Source of the DNA: Nannocystis sp. RBIL2
Lineage (GTDB): Bacteria > Myxococcota_A > Polyangia > Nannocystales > Nannocystaceae
Direction of reading: 5' to 3'
Length of the DNA: 64,000 nt
Assembly: GCF_026626745.1 (NCBI RefSeq)
Contig: NZ_JAPNJW010000001.1
Span: 908,311 to 972,310 of the forward strand
The notes beneath the pieces were generated by a model that saw nothing but the letters and a program-made list of their open reading frames with translations, did not search any database and was not told the DNA's origin. Both the position numbers and the translations under genes were made by a program. Shown in pieces: positions 39,784-48,924 of this stretch (the first letter of the stretch is position 1; each line of letters starts with the position of its first letter).

Positions 39784-40102
39784 CATGCTCGACCCGCAGC
39801 CACCGACCCCGAAGCCGCGCCGCCTCGCCCCCCTGGGCGTCGCGCTGTTGCTGCTCACGTGTCGCTCGGAGCGGGCCGGCGCTGACGACTGCGCCGTCAT
39901 CCTCGACCGGATCGTCGCCCTCGAGCTCGCCGAGCAGGGCTACCGCGATCCCGAGCTCACGCGGCGCAAGCAGCAGGAGTTCGCGCGGCGGTTCGTCCCC
40001 GAGCTGCAGCGCTGCGAGGGCCTCTCGCTCCCGCCGGGCGCGCGCGAGTGCATCGCGCGGGCCGGCTCGGCCGAGGAGATCAGCCACGTCTGCCTGCGCT
40101 GA
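39784..40102 (+). CDS. small hypothetical lipoprotein
   Basis: MLDPQPPTPKPRRLAPLGVALLLLTC gives a lipobox, 106 aa with 4 Cys, and lies downstream of tonB. Coding bias is moderate. Confidence 0.45.
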
Positions 40103-40253
40103 CGCGCGTCCACGCGCCGCGCTGCGGCCCCGCGCTCGCCTCCTCCGTTCACCTGTCCTTTCAGACAGGCCTCACGCGCCGCCGCTGCGGCCCCCCGGCC
40201 CCACGGACCGCGGTTGACAACGCGATCGCGCGGGCCGCAGACTGCGGATCGCC

Positions 40254-40952
40254 ATGGGGAAGCCGGCCACCGCGCTCGTCGTCGCGCTCGTGCTCGCCGC
40301 CTGCAAGTCGGAGCCCGGGGACGAGAGCACCGGCAGCGGCAGCGACGGCACGACCACGACCACGACCTCCGCCGCTGCCACGACCCCGGGGCCCACCACC
40401 GCCGGGCCCACCACCGCCGAGCTCACCACCACGTCGACCACCTCCGTCGACACCGAGACCTCGACCACCGGCGTCGACGAGGCGCTGTGCGCCGACTACT
40501 GCGCCGACGTCATGACGAACTGTCTCGACCCGCAGGCGCAGTACCCGAACGCCGACAGCTGCAAGCGCGCCTGCGCCAGCTTCCCCGCCGGTGCGCGCGG
40601 TGACGTCTCGGGCAACAGCTACGCCTGTCGCCGCTACCACACCGACGCCGCCGTCATGGACGCGGCGACCCACTGCGTGCACGCCGGCCCGAGCGGCGGC
40701 GGCGCCTGCGGCGACAACTGCGACGGCTTCTGCGCCCTCGCGGTGTCCGTCTGCCCGGGCGAGCACCCGAGCCTCGACGCCTGCCTGGCCTCCTGCGCCG
40801 GCTTCACCGACGACGAGGAGTTCGACGTGGGCGACGTCGCCGGCGACACCCTCGCCTGCCGCCTCTACCACCTCACCGTCGCGGCCACCGGCGAGGCCGA
40901 CGCCGCAGTGCACTGCCCGCACACCCTCCAGGGCTCCCCGCCCTGCATGTAA
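40254..40952 (+). CDS. Cys-rich lipoprotein with internally duplicated SGN(S)xACRxYH...HCxH module (paralog A)
   Basis: It has the lipobox (LVLAAC), a T-rich linker, about 20 Cys, the repeated motifs SGNSYACRRYH...THCVHAGPSGGGACG and TLACRLYHLT...VHCPHT, and a C-terminal SPPCM. Confidence 0.6.
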   Translation: MGKPATALVVALVLAACKSEPGDESTGSGSDGTTTTTTSAAATTPGPTTAGPTTAELTTTSTTSVDTETSTTGVDEALCADYCADVMTNCLDPQAQYPNADSCKRACASFPAGARGDVSGNSYACRRYHTDAAVMDAATHCVHAGPSGGGACGDNCDGFCALAVSVCPGEHPSLDACLASCAGFTDDEEFDVGDVAGDTLACRLYHLTVAATGEADAAVHCPHTLQGSPPCM

Positions 40953-40970
40953 AGACATGTCCCTTCAACC

Positions 40971-41759
40971 ATGCCGGTTCACGCCGCCACGCAAGGCCCT
41001 CGCATGACCTCTCGCGCCTTCCTTCCCCTCCTCGTCACCCTCCTGTTCCCCGCCTGCTTCGACGACTCGCGCGGTGACGACACCGGCTCGACCGTGAGCA
41101 CCACGGTCATGACCACGACCGCGACCCAGGTCAGCGGCGACGTCACGACCACCACGACGACCGGCACCTCCACGACCGACTGGACCTCCGGCGAGCCCAC
41201 CACCTCGACCACCACCAGCGACGTCGATCCGCTCACCAGCACCAGCGACCCGACCACCGGCACCTCGAGCACCGGCGGCGACACCAACGTCGGCTGCCAG
41301 ATGTACTGCGCGGCGATGATGGGCAGCTGCACCGGCACCAACGCCCAGTACCCGAGCAACGAGAGCTGCCTCGGCGCCTGCGGCGGCCTCCCGCCGGGCT
41401 CGCCGGGCGAGACCTCCGGCAACTCGCTGTCCTGCCGGGCCTACCACGCCGGCATGGCCTCGATCGATCCGGGCGTCCACTGCATCCACGCCGGCCCCAG
41501 CGGCGCCGGCGCGTGCGGCCAGAGCTGCGAGGGCTTCTGCGCCATCGCCACCTCGATCTGCCCGACCGAGCACCCGAGCCCCGGCGACTGCATGGCCACC
41601 TGCGCCAACTTCATGGACACCGAGCCGTACAACACCGAGGACGCCGCCGGCAACACCCTCGCCTGCCGCCTCTACCACCTCACGATCGCCTCCACTGGCC
41701 CGGCCGAGGCCCAGGTCCACTGCGGCCACACCATCGAGGCCTCGCCGCCCTGCATGTGA
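40971..41759 (+). CDS. Cys-rich lipoprotein paralog B
   Basis: It has the same architecture and motifs as 40254..40952 (SGNSLSCRAYH...VHCIHAGPSGAGACG, TLACRLYHLT...VHCGHT, C-terminal SPPCM). It is a tandem paralog 18 bp downstream. Confidence 0.6.
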   Translation: MPVHAATQGPRMTSRAFLPLLVTLLFPACFDDSRGDDTGSTVSTTVMTTTATQVSGDVTTTTTTGTSTTDWTSGEPTTSTTTSDVDPLTSTSDPTTGTSSTGGDTNVGCQMYCAAMMGSCTGTNAQYPSNESCLGACGGLPPGSPGETSGNSLSCRAYHAGMASIDPGVHCIHAGPSGAGACGQSCEGFCAIATSICPTEHPSPGDCMATCANFMDTEPYNTEDAAGNTLACRLYHLTIASTGPAEAQVHCGHTIEASPPCM

Positions 41760-41860
41760 CTTGAAGGGCAGGTCCTCCGGGGCATGCTCCGGAGGACAGG
41801 CTCTTCAGGACATGCTCCCAAGGCCAGGCCCCGCGCCCGCTCCCGACCGCAGAGCGCCCC

Positions 41861-41912
41861 AAAAAGCGAAGGCCGCGGCCGCCGCTCCACCGAGCGTCGG
41901 CCCGCGGCCTTC
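41861..41912 (-). terminator. intrinsic terminator for the vWA lipoprotein gene
   Basis: An 11-bp perfect stem gaaggccgcgg/ccgcggccttc with a 22-nt loop sits 14 bp after the minus-strand stop. On the minus strand it is followed by CGCUUUUUGGGG. Genes are convergent here. Confidence 0.6.
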
Positions 41913-41925
41913 GTCACTCCCGTCC

Positions 41926-44082
41926 TCAGCGGGCCGACGGCCACGCGTCGGGCCCGGACGCCGGGGTGCGGCGCACCGGGTTGCGCGGCTGCTCGTAGCG
42001 CGAGCAGAACTTGTCCCACAGCGACAGCACGCGGGTGACCTCGGGGTCGTTCATCCCCTGGGCCATGTCGCGCAGGTCGGCCTTGCCCTGCTCGCACTGC
42101 TGCCAGCCGTCGGCGTCGATCCAGGCTCCGGCGATCGGCGCCGTGCCGATCGGCTGCGGCCGCGAGGCCATCAGCGCCAGGCGGTCGGCCCACGCGATCA
42201 GCAGGCGGCCCTTGCGGATGTTGTAGGCCTCGCGCTCGATCTCCGCCAGCTGGAACGCCCGCTCCTCGACCATCTTCTGCCCCGACTCCGGGTCCTCGTA
42301 CTCGATGGTCAGCATGATCTGGTCCTGCGGCCGCAGCTTCTTGCCGCGCGCCATCAGGTCGGACAGGAACAGCTGCGACGTGTTGGCGAAGTAGTGGATC
42401 GCCTGCACGTCCTCCTTCACCGCCGAGCTCTCCTCGCCGTAGAACACGTTCATGCGCAGCGACGGCGGCAGGTGCAGCTGGAAGTGGACGTCCATCGCCG
42501 TCGTCTCGAGCAGCGAGATGAAGCGCGGACCGAACACCGCGTCGACCTCTGCCTCCGAGCCGAGGAACACGTAGGCCCCCTTGCCGCGCTCGGTCAGCTT
42601 GTCGAGCAGCGCGTCGTTGAACTCGGTGCCGACGCCGACGCCCGACAGGCGGATCTTCCGCTCGTCGTAGTACTTGGCGACCATCGACATGGTCCGCGGG
42701 TCGGTGTTGCCGGTGTTGGCGAGCGCGTCGGTGACCAGCACCACGCGGTTGTTGTAGGTGTGCTGGTAGCCGCGGTCGGCCAGCTCGTAGCCGCGGGTCA
42801 GGCCCGCGTGCACGTCGGTCGACCCGCGCGGCTTCATGCGCTCGATCGCCTTCTCGAGCACCTCCGGCTTGTCGCGCCCGACCACGAAGTTCTCGACCGG
42901 CACGCACACCTCGTGATCGAACAGCACCACGTTGACGAGGTCGCCGGTCTTGAGCTCGCCCATCATCTTCCGCATGCCCCGCTTGAGGTAGTCCATGCGG
43001 CCCTCGTCGCTCATCGACCCCGAGCGGTCGACCACGAACGTCAGGTTGCCGTTGCGCCGCGCCTGCTTGTCGACCGGGCGCCCGCGGATCGCCAGCGCCA
43101 GGTTGTAGATCCCGTCCTGCTTCGGATCCTTGGCGATCTCGGGCAGCACCGAGAAGTCGTCGGTCTGCGCCACCTCGGCCGTCTCGAACGAGAAGTAGTT
43201 GAGAAGCTCGTGCGGCCGGATGTGCTCGAGCGGCACCGGCAGGAACTTGTCGATGGCGAAGATCACCCGCTGCGCCGACGACAGGCTCATCGTGTCGTCG
43301 TTCGACAGGTACGTCGCCTGCCCCCAGTCGCTGTACTGCGCCTCGCCGTCGCCAACCTGCTGGACCGGCTCGTACGCCACCGAGTTGTCGTCCTCCGCCT
43401 CGTCGCGGGCCACCTGCGCCTCGGCCGGCGCCGCCGCGCTCGCTCCCGGCCGCTCCTCGGCCGCCTTGTCGCGCCCGCGGTCCTTCTTCTTCTCGGCCTT
43501 CTCGGCCCTGCGCACGTCGGCCGCCGCCTCGCCGCGAGTGTTCGCCGACTTCGACGCAGTCACCGGCGGCGGCGGAGGAGACTGCGGCGGCGCTGCGCCG
43601 GCATCGAACCCGCTGCTGCTGCCGCGACCGGCCGCGCCCTTGCCGAGCGCCCCGGCCGACGGCGTCGTCTGGATCGGCGCCGGCGAGGACGGAGGCGCCG
43701 AGCCGCCGCCGTAGGTCACCTGCTTGTACTTCGGCTTCGGCGGCGCCGGCTTCTTGATCGGCTTGGGGATCGCCCCGCCCGAGGGGCCACCGGACGCGAT
43801 GGCGCCGCCGCTCGGCCCGTAGCACTGATCGATCCGCGACACCATCTTCGGCAGCGCCGCCAGGTTCGGCGGCGGCGCGTCGCTGCGGTTGCGCGGCGGG
43901 TGCGGACGCGCCGAGAACGTGTGCGGCGCCGCCTCGTAAGCCACGTCCCCTTGCCCGTGCGCCAGCATCACGTTGTTGTTGCCGTCGGGCGTCACCGTGC
44001 CGATCGGGGTCACCGAGCTCGAGCGGCACTGCGTCAGCGCGAGCGGGGTCGCCAGGAGGATCCACTTCATCCACGGGTTCAT
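41926..44082 (-). CDS. von Willebrand factor A (vWA) domain lipoprotein
   Basis: Met at 44082 with a GGAGA RBS. It has the lipobox MNPWMKWILLATPLALTQC, a long Pro/Ala/Lys-rich low-complexity region, and a vWA domain with a MIDAS-like DxSxS (NLTFVVDRSGSMSDEG) and a downstream TD...D. Confidence 0.75.
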   Translation of the reverse strand: MNPWMKWILLATPLALTQCRSSSVTPIGTVTPDGNNNVMLAHGQGDVAYEAAPHTFSARPHPPRNRSDAPPPNLAALPKMVSRIDQCYGPSGGAIASGGPSGGAIPKPIKKPAPPKPKYKQVTYGGGSAPPSSPAPIQTTPSAGALGKGAAGRGSSSGFDAGAAPPQSPPPPPVTASKSANTRGEAAADVRRAEKAEKKKDRGRDKAAEERPGASAAAPAEAQVARDEAEDDNSVAYEPVQQVGDGEAQYSDWGQATYLSNDDTMSLSSAQRVIFAIDKFLPVPLEHIRPHELLNYFSFETAEVAQTDDFSVLPEIAKDPKQDGIYNLALAIRGRPVDKQARRNGNLTFVVDRSGSMSDEGRMDYLKRGMRKMMGELKTGDLVNVVLFDHEVCVPVENFVVGRDKPEVLEKAIERMKPRGSTDVHAGLTRGYELADRGYQHTYNNRVVLVTDALANTGNTDPRTMSMVAKYYDERKIRLSGVGVGTEFNDALLDKLTERGKGAYVFLGSEAEVDAVFGPRFISLLETTAMDVHFQLHLPPSLRMNVFYGEESSAVKEDVQAIHYFANTSQLFLSDLMARGKKLRPQDQIMLTIEYEDPESGQKMVEERAFQLAEIEREAYNIRKGRLLIAWADRLALMASRPQPIGTAPIAGAWIDADGWQQCEQGKADLRDMAQGMNDPEVTRVLSLWDKFCSRYEQPRNPVRRTPASGPDAWPSAR

Positions 44083-44382
44083 GCGCGTCTCCTTGGGCCG
44101 GGGCACCGGCCAGCTTGACAGCCTCGTGCCTCGGCGTGCAGCCCCACAACGCCGCCGCCGTGCCCGCGCTGACACCCCGCGGACACGCCCCGCGAGCGCC
44201 CCGGCGCGGCCGCGACCGCCGGGCGGTTCCGCCCCGGGCGCCGCGTCGCGCTCGCTGTTCACATGTCCCGAAGGACAGCTCACACCTCCGCCGCCGAACG
44301 CCGAACAAACTCACCGCCGCCCCGCCGCAGCCCCCTGGCGTCCCGGCGGGGCTCGCGTCTACCATCCGAGGCTGCTGCGTCC

Positions 44383-45462
44383 ATGCTCGGCCCGACCTCC
44401 GCGCTGCTCCTCCTGTCGCTGGCCGGACCGCCCGCGATCGAGTGGCGCGCCCCTGCCGGCTGCCCGACCCGCGACGACGTCCTCGAAGCTCTGGCCGCCC
44501 TCACCCGGCCGCCCGACCTCGAGGGCGTGCGCGTGCGCGGCGTCGTCCGCCGGGTCGCCGGGCGCTACGAGCTGCGGCTCGACATCCACACGCAGAGCCT
44601 CACCCAGCGCCGGGTCGAGCGCGCCGACGCCTGCGAGTCGCTCGACGGCGCCGCGGCCCTGATCATCGCCATCGCCATCGACCCGCTCGAGTTCGCCAAC
44701 CAGCTCGCGCCCCCGGCCCCTGAACCGCAGCCCGAACCCGAGCCCACCCCTCCGACCCCCGTCCCGCCGCCGCCCGAGGTCGCCGCGCCCGCGCCCCTCG
44801 ATCCCGAGCTCCCGCCGGCCAGCGATCCCCCGCCAGCGCCGCCCCCCGCTCCGCCCTCGCGTCCGTCCCCGCCCCGAGCCGCGCGCGCCCACAAGCTCAG
44901 CGTCCTCCTTCGCGTCGACGGGGCGATCGACGCCGGCATCACCCCGACGATCGCCGGCGACATCGGCGGCGCGTTCGGCTTCCTCTACCACCGCCTCCGC
45001 GTCGAGGCCGTCGCCCACTACATGCCGGCGCGCCCGCTCGACTACTTCAACGCCGAGGTCGGCTTGGACGCCAAGGTCGGCATGGTCGCCCGTTGGGCCC
45101 TGGGGGTCCGCGGTTGCGGCCGGTTTCTCCCCGGCGCCCTCGAGATCCCCGTGTGCCTCGGCCTCGAGGGCGGCCAGTTCCTCGCCGAGGGCGCCGGCAT
45201 CACCATCGACCGCCGACAGGCCCGCCCGCCCTGGTTCGCAATCCTGCTCGGACTCGGCCTCGTGTGGTCGCCGCACCCGCGGATCGGCCTCGGAGTCCGC
45301 ACCGACTTCGTCATCGCCCCGCTGCGGGCCCAGTTCACCGTCAGCGACGAACTCGTCTTCATCACCGGGCCGGTCGGCGTGCGCTTCGGAGGCGGCCTCG
45401 AGATTCGTCTCGGGCCCGGCGCGCGGCATGACGGATCGACCTCGGCCCGGCCAAAGAAATAA
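44383..45462 (+). CDS. hypothetical secreted protein, possible outer-membrane beta-barrel, first gene of an ECF-sigma operon
   Basis: It has the signal peptide MLGPTSALLLLSLAGPPA, a Pro-rich linker (PAPEPQPEPEPTPPTPVPPPPE) and a C-terminal 170 aa of alternating hydrophobic beta-strand pattern. Its stop abuts the sigma-factor start. Confidence 0.5.
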   Translation: MLGPTSALLLLSLAGPPAIEWRAPAGCPTRDDVLEALAALTRPPDLEGVRVRGVVRRVAGRYELRLDIHTQSLTQRRVERADACESLDGAAALIIAIAIDPLEFANQLAPPAPEPQPEPEPTPPTPVPPPPEVAAPAPLDPELPPASDPPPAPPPAPPSRPSPPRAARAHKLSVLLRVDGAIDAGITPTIAGDIGGAFGFLYHRLRVEAVAHYMPARPLDYFNAEVGLDAKVGMVARWALGVRGCGRFLPGALEIPVCLGLEGGQFLAEGAGITIDRRQARPPWFAILLGLGLVWSPHPRIGLGVRTDFVIAPLRAQFTVSDELVFITGPVGVRFGGGLEIRLGPGARHDGSTSARPKK

Positions 45463-46038
45463 GTGACTGCCGTGCTGAAGCTTCAGCCGCCCATATCTGG
45501 CCCCGAGGAGCACGCGCAGCGCGGGTTCGCCACCGTGTACTACGCTTACTTCGACCTCGTCTGGCGGATCCTTCGCCGCCTCGGGGTCCCTTATGACCAG
45601 CTCGAGGACGCCGCCCAGGACGTGTTCCTCGTGCTGCACCGCCGCCTACCCGGCCTGGACCCGCAGATCTCGCTGCGGAGCTGGCTGTTCGGCACCGCGC
45701 GGCGGGTCGCCAGCGACTTCCGCCGCGGTCTTCGGCGCCATGAGCGCCGGATCCAGGCATTCGCCGTCGTCCACACCCATCAACCGCGCGAACGCGACGC
45801 CGAGCGCGCCGAGGCCGCCGATTTCGTGCAACGCTTCCTCGACAGCCTCGACAACGACAAGCGCATGGTCTTCATCCTCGCCGACCTCGAGGGCTTCACG
45901 GCGCCGGAGATCTCCCAGGCCCTCGATGTCAAATTGAACACCGTTTATTCGCGTCTGCGGGCCGCTCGGGCTGAGTTCGAGCGGGCCATCGCCGAGACCG
46001 AACGAGCGGATGGGAGGCAAGCAGCATGGAACCGCTGA
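45463..46038 (+). CDS. RNA polymerase ECF-type sigma-70 factor
   Basis: Region 2 (YYAYFDLVWRILRRLGVPYDQLEDAAQDVFLVLHRRLPGL) and region 4 HTH (DKRMVFILADLEGFTAPEISQALDVKLNTVYSRLRAARAE). It has a GTG start. Confidence 0.85.
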   Translation: MTAVLKLQPPISGPEEHAQRGFATVYYAYFDLVWRILRRLGVPYDQLEDAAQDVFLVLHRRLPGLDPQISLRSWLFGTARRVASDFRRGLRRHERRIQAFAVVHTHQPRERDAERAEAADFVQRFLDSLDNDKRMVFILADLEGFTAPEISQALDVKLNTVYSRLRAARAEFERAIAETERADGRQAAWNR

Positions 46039-46736
46039 GTTCGGAGGCGCGGGCGCGCCTGGCCGCATTTCGCAGCGCCGAGTCGCCCGACCGCGCGATC
46101 GCCGACCGAGTCCTCGCCGCGCTCGAGCAGCGCGTCGAGGAGGGCGGCGGCGACGATCTCGACGACGAAGCACCTTCTCGCTCGCGCCTCGCCCCGCGGG
46201 TCCTCGCCGGCTTCGCCTTGGCGGCCGGCGTCCTGCTGGCCCTGACCTGGGCAGTCATGAAGGGCGGCGAGGCGCCGCAGACCCACGTCGCCGCCCCGTA
46301 TCAAGCCCGCGAGGGCGACGCGACTCAGACCGCCGAGCCCGTCCAGCGCCCCGATCCCGCCCGCGCCTCCGCGCCCGATCCGGCGCCCGAGGTCGCACCC
46401 GAGGCGCAGGCCACCGACAAGCCTGTCCCTGCGGACACCTCCAAGGCGCGCCGCCCTGCGCGTGAGGACACCGTCGCCGCCGAGGTCGACCTGCTGCGGC
46501 GGGCCAAGCTGGCCGCGCCCGCCGAGCGCCTGCAGTTGATCGAGGAGCACGCCCGGCGGTTCCCCGGTGGCATTTTGGCCGCCGAGCGCAGCCTGCTCGA
46601 AATCGAGGCCCGCTGCGCCCTCGGCCAGCGCGACGCCGCCCGCGAGCTGGTCGCCAGCTTCCCGCGACGTTTTCCGGGCTCGCCTCTGGTCGACCGGGCG
46701 GCCACCCTCTGTAATGGATCGGCCGCGCAGCCCTGA
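46026..46736 (+). CDS. putative anti-sigma factor (single-pass membrane)
   Basis: It overlaps the sigma gene by 13 nt. It has an N-terminal cytoplasmic helix, one TM segment (VLAGFALAAGVLLALTWAV) and a periplasmic Ala/Pro-rich region, which is the typical ECF partner layout. Confidence 0.55.
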   Translation: MEPLSSEARARLAAFRSAESPDRAIADRVLAALEQRVEEGGGDDLDDEAPSRSRLAPRVLAGFALAAGVLLALTWAVMKGGEAPQTHVAAPYQAREGDATQTAEPVQRPDPARASAPDPAPEVAPEAQATDKPVPADTSKARRPAREDTVAAEVDLLRRAKLAAPAERLQLIEEHARRFPGGILAAERSLLEIEARCALGQRDAARELVASFPRRFPGSPLVDRAATLCNGSAAQP

Positions 46737-46748
46737 CCCCCGCGGCGG

Positions 46749-48335
46749 GTGAGACGACCCGTGCCCACTTCCCGAACGCACCGCAGCCCGATCGCCTCCG
46801 CGGCGAGGGCCTGCCTCGCCGTGGTTCTCACCTGTCCTTTCGTACACCTCGGCTGCCTCCTCGATCCCAGCCCGCTGGGCGAGCTCCCGGGCGACACCGA
46901 CGGCCCTGACACCGTCGAGCTCGATACCCTCGTCGTCACCTCGCAGCACGTCGACGACACCACCGTCGGTCCGCTGCCGACCACCACCGCCGAGCCGGGC
47001 ACCACCGGCGACCCGCCCGACGGCACCACCGGTGAGCCCGTCACCACCGGCGACGATCCGCCGCCGGAGACCGGCTGCATCGACGGCGGCGCCTGCGAGC
47101 AGCTCGACGTCCTGTTCGTCATCGACAACTCCGGCACCATGGGCGAGGAGCAGAGCCAGCTCGCCGACAGCTTCCCTGCCTTCGTCTCGCTGCTGCGCGG
47201 CCTCAGCGACGCCAACGGTCAGCTCGTCGGCGCCGACGTGCACATCATGGTCACCACCACCGACGTGCCGCACCCGCTGTGCACGCCGTTCGAGAAGCCC
47301 GACTACGACGCCGCCGACGGCCAGCCGATCGACACCCCGTGCACCGACCGGCTGGCGCGGTTTACCGGCCTCGGCGCCGATCCGCCGGTGATGTCCGAGA
47401 TCTGCACCTCGCGCTGCTCCGAGGCCGCCCCCTCGATCCCCACCGATCCGTTCATCCGCTTCAGCCCCACCAGCCACAACATCATCGACCCTGACGGCAT
47501 GGGCGACCCCGCGGCCGACGCCCTCGCCTGCATCGGCCCCCAGGGCATCGACGGCTGCGGCATGGAGTCGCCGCTCGAGGCCATGCTGCGCGCGCTCGAC
47601 CTCGAGGCGCGGTGGAACATCGGCGAGCGGCCCTTCTTGCGCCCCGGCGCCCCGCTGGCGGTCGTCCTCGTCACCGACGAGACCGACTGCTCCACCCTCA
47701 ACTTCGCCTACTTCGACCCCAAGCTGCACGACGACCCCGAGTTCAGCAAGTACTGGCCGTCCCACCCGAGCAGCGGCCAGCGGACCGAGCCCACCAGCGC
47801 CGTGTGCTGGAACGCCGGCATGACCTGCGCCGACGACGACGACGACGGCGAGTACGAGTGGTGCATGTCCGAGGACAAGCACGTCCTCCAGCCCGTCGCC
47901 CGCTACACCGAGGCCCTCGCCGGCCTGCGCCAGCTCCACGGCAAAGAAGTCGTCATGCTCGTCCTCGGCGGCGTCCCTCAGGTCACCGAGCACAACCAAG
48001 CCCCTCCGTTCGAGCCCCTCGTCGGCGGCGTCGACGCCCTCGTCTACCGCGACTGGCAGCCCGACGACATCCTCCCCGGCGACAGCGACACCCCCGCCGA
48101 CAAGCAGTTCGAGTTCGGCATCGGCCCCGGCTGCGTCGGCCCCGCCGGCCAGGCCGTCCCGCCCGGGCGGATCCAGGAAGTCTGCCAGTCGCTCGACATC
48201 CCCGACGACCCCGACACCGCCGTCAACGAACGCGCCATGCGCTGCTGCATCGAGTCCGTCTGCGACAGCGACTACACCCCCGCCCTCGGCTGCCTCGCCG
48301 GCATGCTGCAGCCGACCCTCCACGCCATGCCCTGA
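46749..48335 (+). CDS. hypothetical secreted vWA-like protein, last gene of the ECF operon
   Basis: It has a signal peptide, a T/P/G-rich linker and a DxSxT context (LFVIDNSGTMGEEQSQL) with many Cys pairs. The N-terminal signal-peptide codons contain a hairpin-family unit (ctcacctgtcctttcgtacacctc). Confidence 0.6.
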   Translation: MRRPVPTSRTHRSPIASAARACLAVVLTCPFVHLGCLLDPSPLGELPGDTDGPDTVELDTLVVTSQHVDDTTVGPLPTTTAEPGTTGDPPDGTTGEPVTTGDDPPPETGCIDGGACEQLDVLFVIDNSGTMGEEQSQLADSFPAFVSLLRGLSDANGQLVGADVHIMVTTTDVPHPLCTPFEKPDYDAADGQPIDTPCTDRLARFTGLGADPPVMSEICTSRCSEAAPSIPTDPFIRFSPTSHNIIDPDGMGDPAADALACIGPQGIDGCGMESPLEAMLRALDLEARWNIGERPFLRPGAPLAVVLVTDETDCSTLNFAYFDPKLHDDPEFSKYWPSHPSSGQRTEPTSAVCWNAGMTCADDDDDGEYEWCMSEDKHVLQPVARYTEALAGLRQLHGKEVVMLVLGGVPQVTEHNQAPPFEPLVGGVDALVYRDWQPDDILPGDSDTPADKQFEFGIGPGCVGPAGQAVPPGRIQEVCQSLDIPDDPDTAVNERAMRCCIESVCDSDYTPALGCLAGMLQPTLHAMP

Positions 48336-48414
48336 AGGACATGCTCCACAGGCCATGTCCTCGGCGACATGGCCTTCAAGCATGCCCTTCAGACCATGCG
48401 CACGGAAGCGACCC

Positions 48415-48640
48415 CCGACTCACCGCCCGGCGACCGCCAGCCCGCCTCGCGCCGTGATGTCCACGCGCCGCCGCCCCCCGACCGCCAGCCGGCGCCGCGC
48501 CGTGATGCCCACGCGCCGACACCCCCCGATTGCCAGCCCGCGCCGCGCCGTGATGCTCACGCGCCTCCGCCCCACGACCGCCAGCCCTCACCGCGCCACG
48601 ACGCCGCGCCGCGCCACGACCCGCAGTCCCTCGCCGCGCG
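48415..48640. repeat. about 3.5 tandem copies of a 60-bp direct repeat
   Basis: The unit gaccgccagcc(c/g)gc(c/g)ycgcgccgtgatg(y)ycacgcgcc...cccc(c) repeats head to tail between the vWA-like gene and element copy 2. Confidence 0.6.
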
Positions 48641-48650
48641 GAGATGCCAC

Positions 48651-48909
48651 GCCGAAAGGACGCGAGAAAGCGTCTGTTCGGCGGCCAGCCCTGGCCGCCG
48701 AACAGGCGCCCCAGCTCTGCTCCCGACGACTGCCGCCAGCGAAGCCGAGGCGGCGTGGCGGCTTCTCACGGCTGCAGCCGTGCCAGGGGTCCGGGGAAGG
48801 GGCGGCCGCGAATTAGAGGCGAGATGGGCGCGAGGCACGAGCGTCCATCCCGCCGGTTAACTCGCGGCCGCTCCTTCCCCGGACCCCCCGCGAGGCGCAG
48901 TCGGCAATA
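48651..48909 (-). ncRNA. candidate structured RNA / 3'-UTR-terminator module, copy 2
   Basis: It is the homolog of 18706-18968 with covarying stems. It begins 16 bp after the stop (48925) of the minus-strand hydrolase gene. In this copy the a/c mismatch on the plus strand of one stem would be a U.G wobble on the minus strand. Confidence 0.4.
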
Positions 48910-48924
48910 CGCGAACCAGAGCAC

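Noticed and set aside
40215-40253. A perfect TTGACA hexamer 34 bp upstream of the Cys-rich lipoprotein start as a sigma-70 promoter
   Set aside because: There is no acceptable -10 at 16-18-bp spacing, and it would leave almost no 5' leader or RBS. This is probably a chance hexamer, and I give no feature call.
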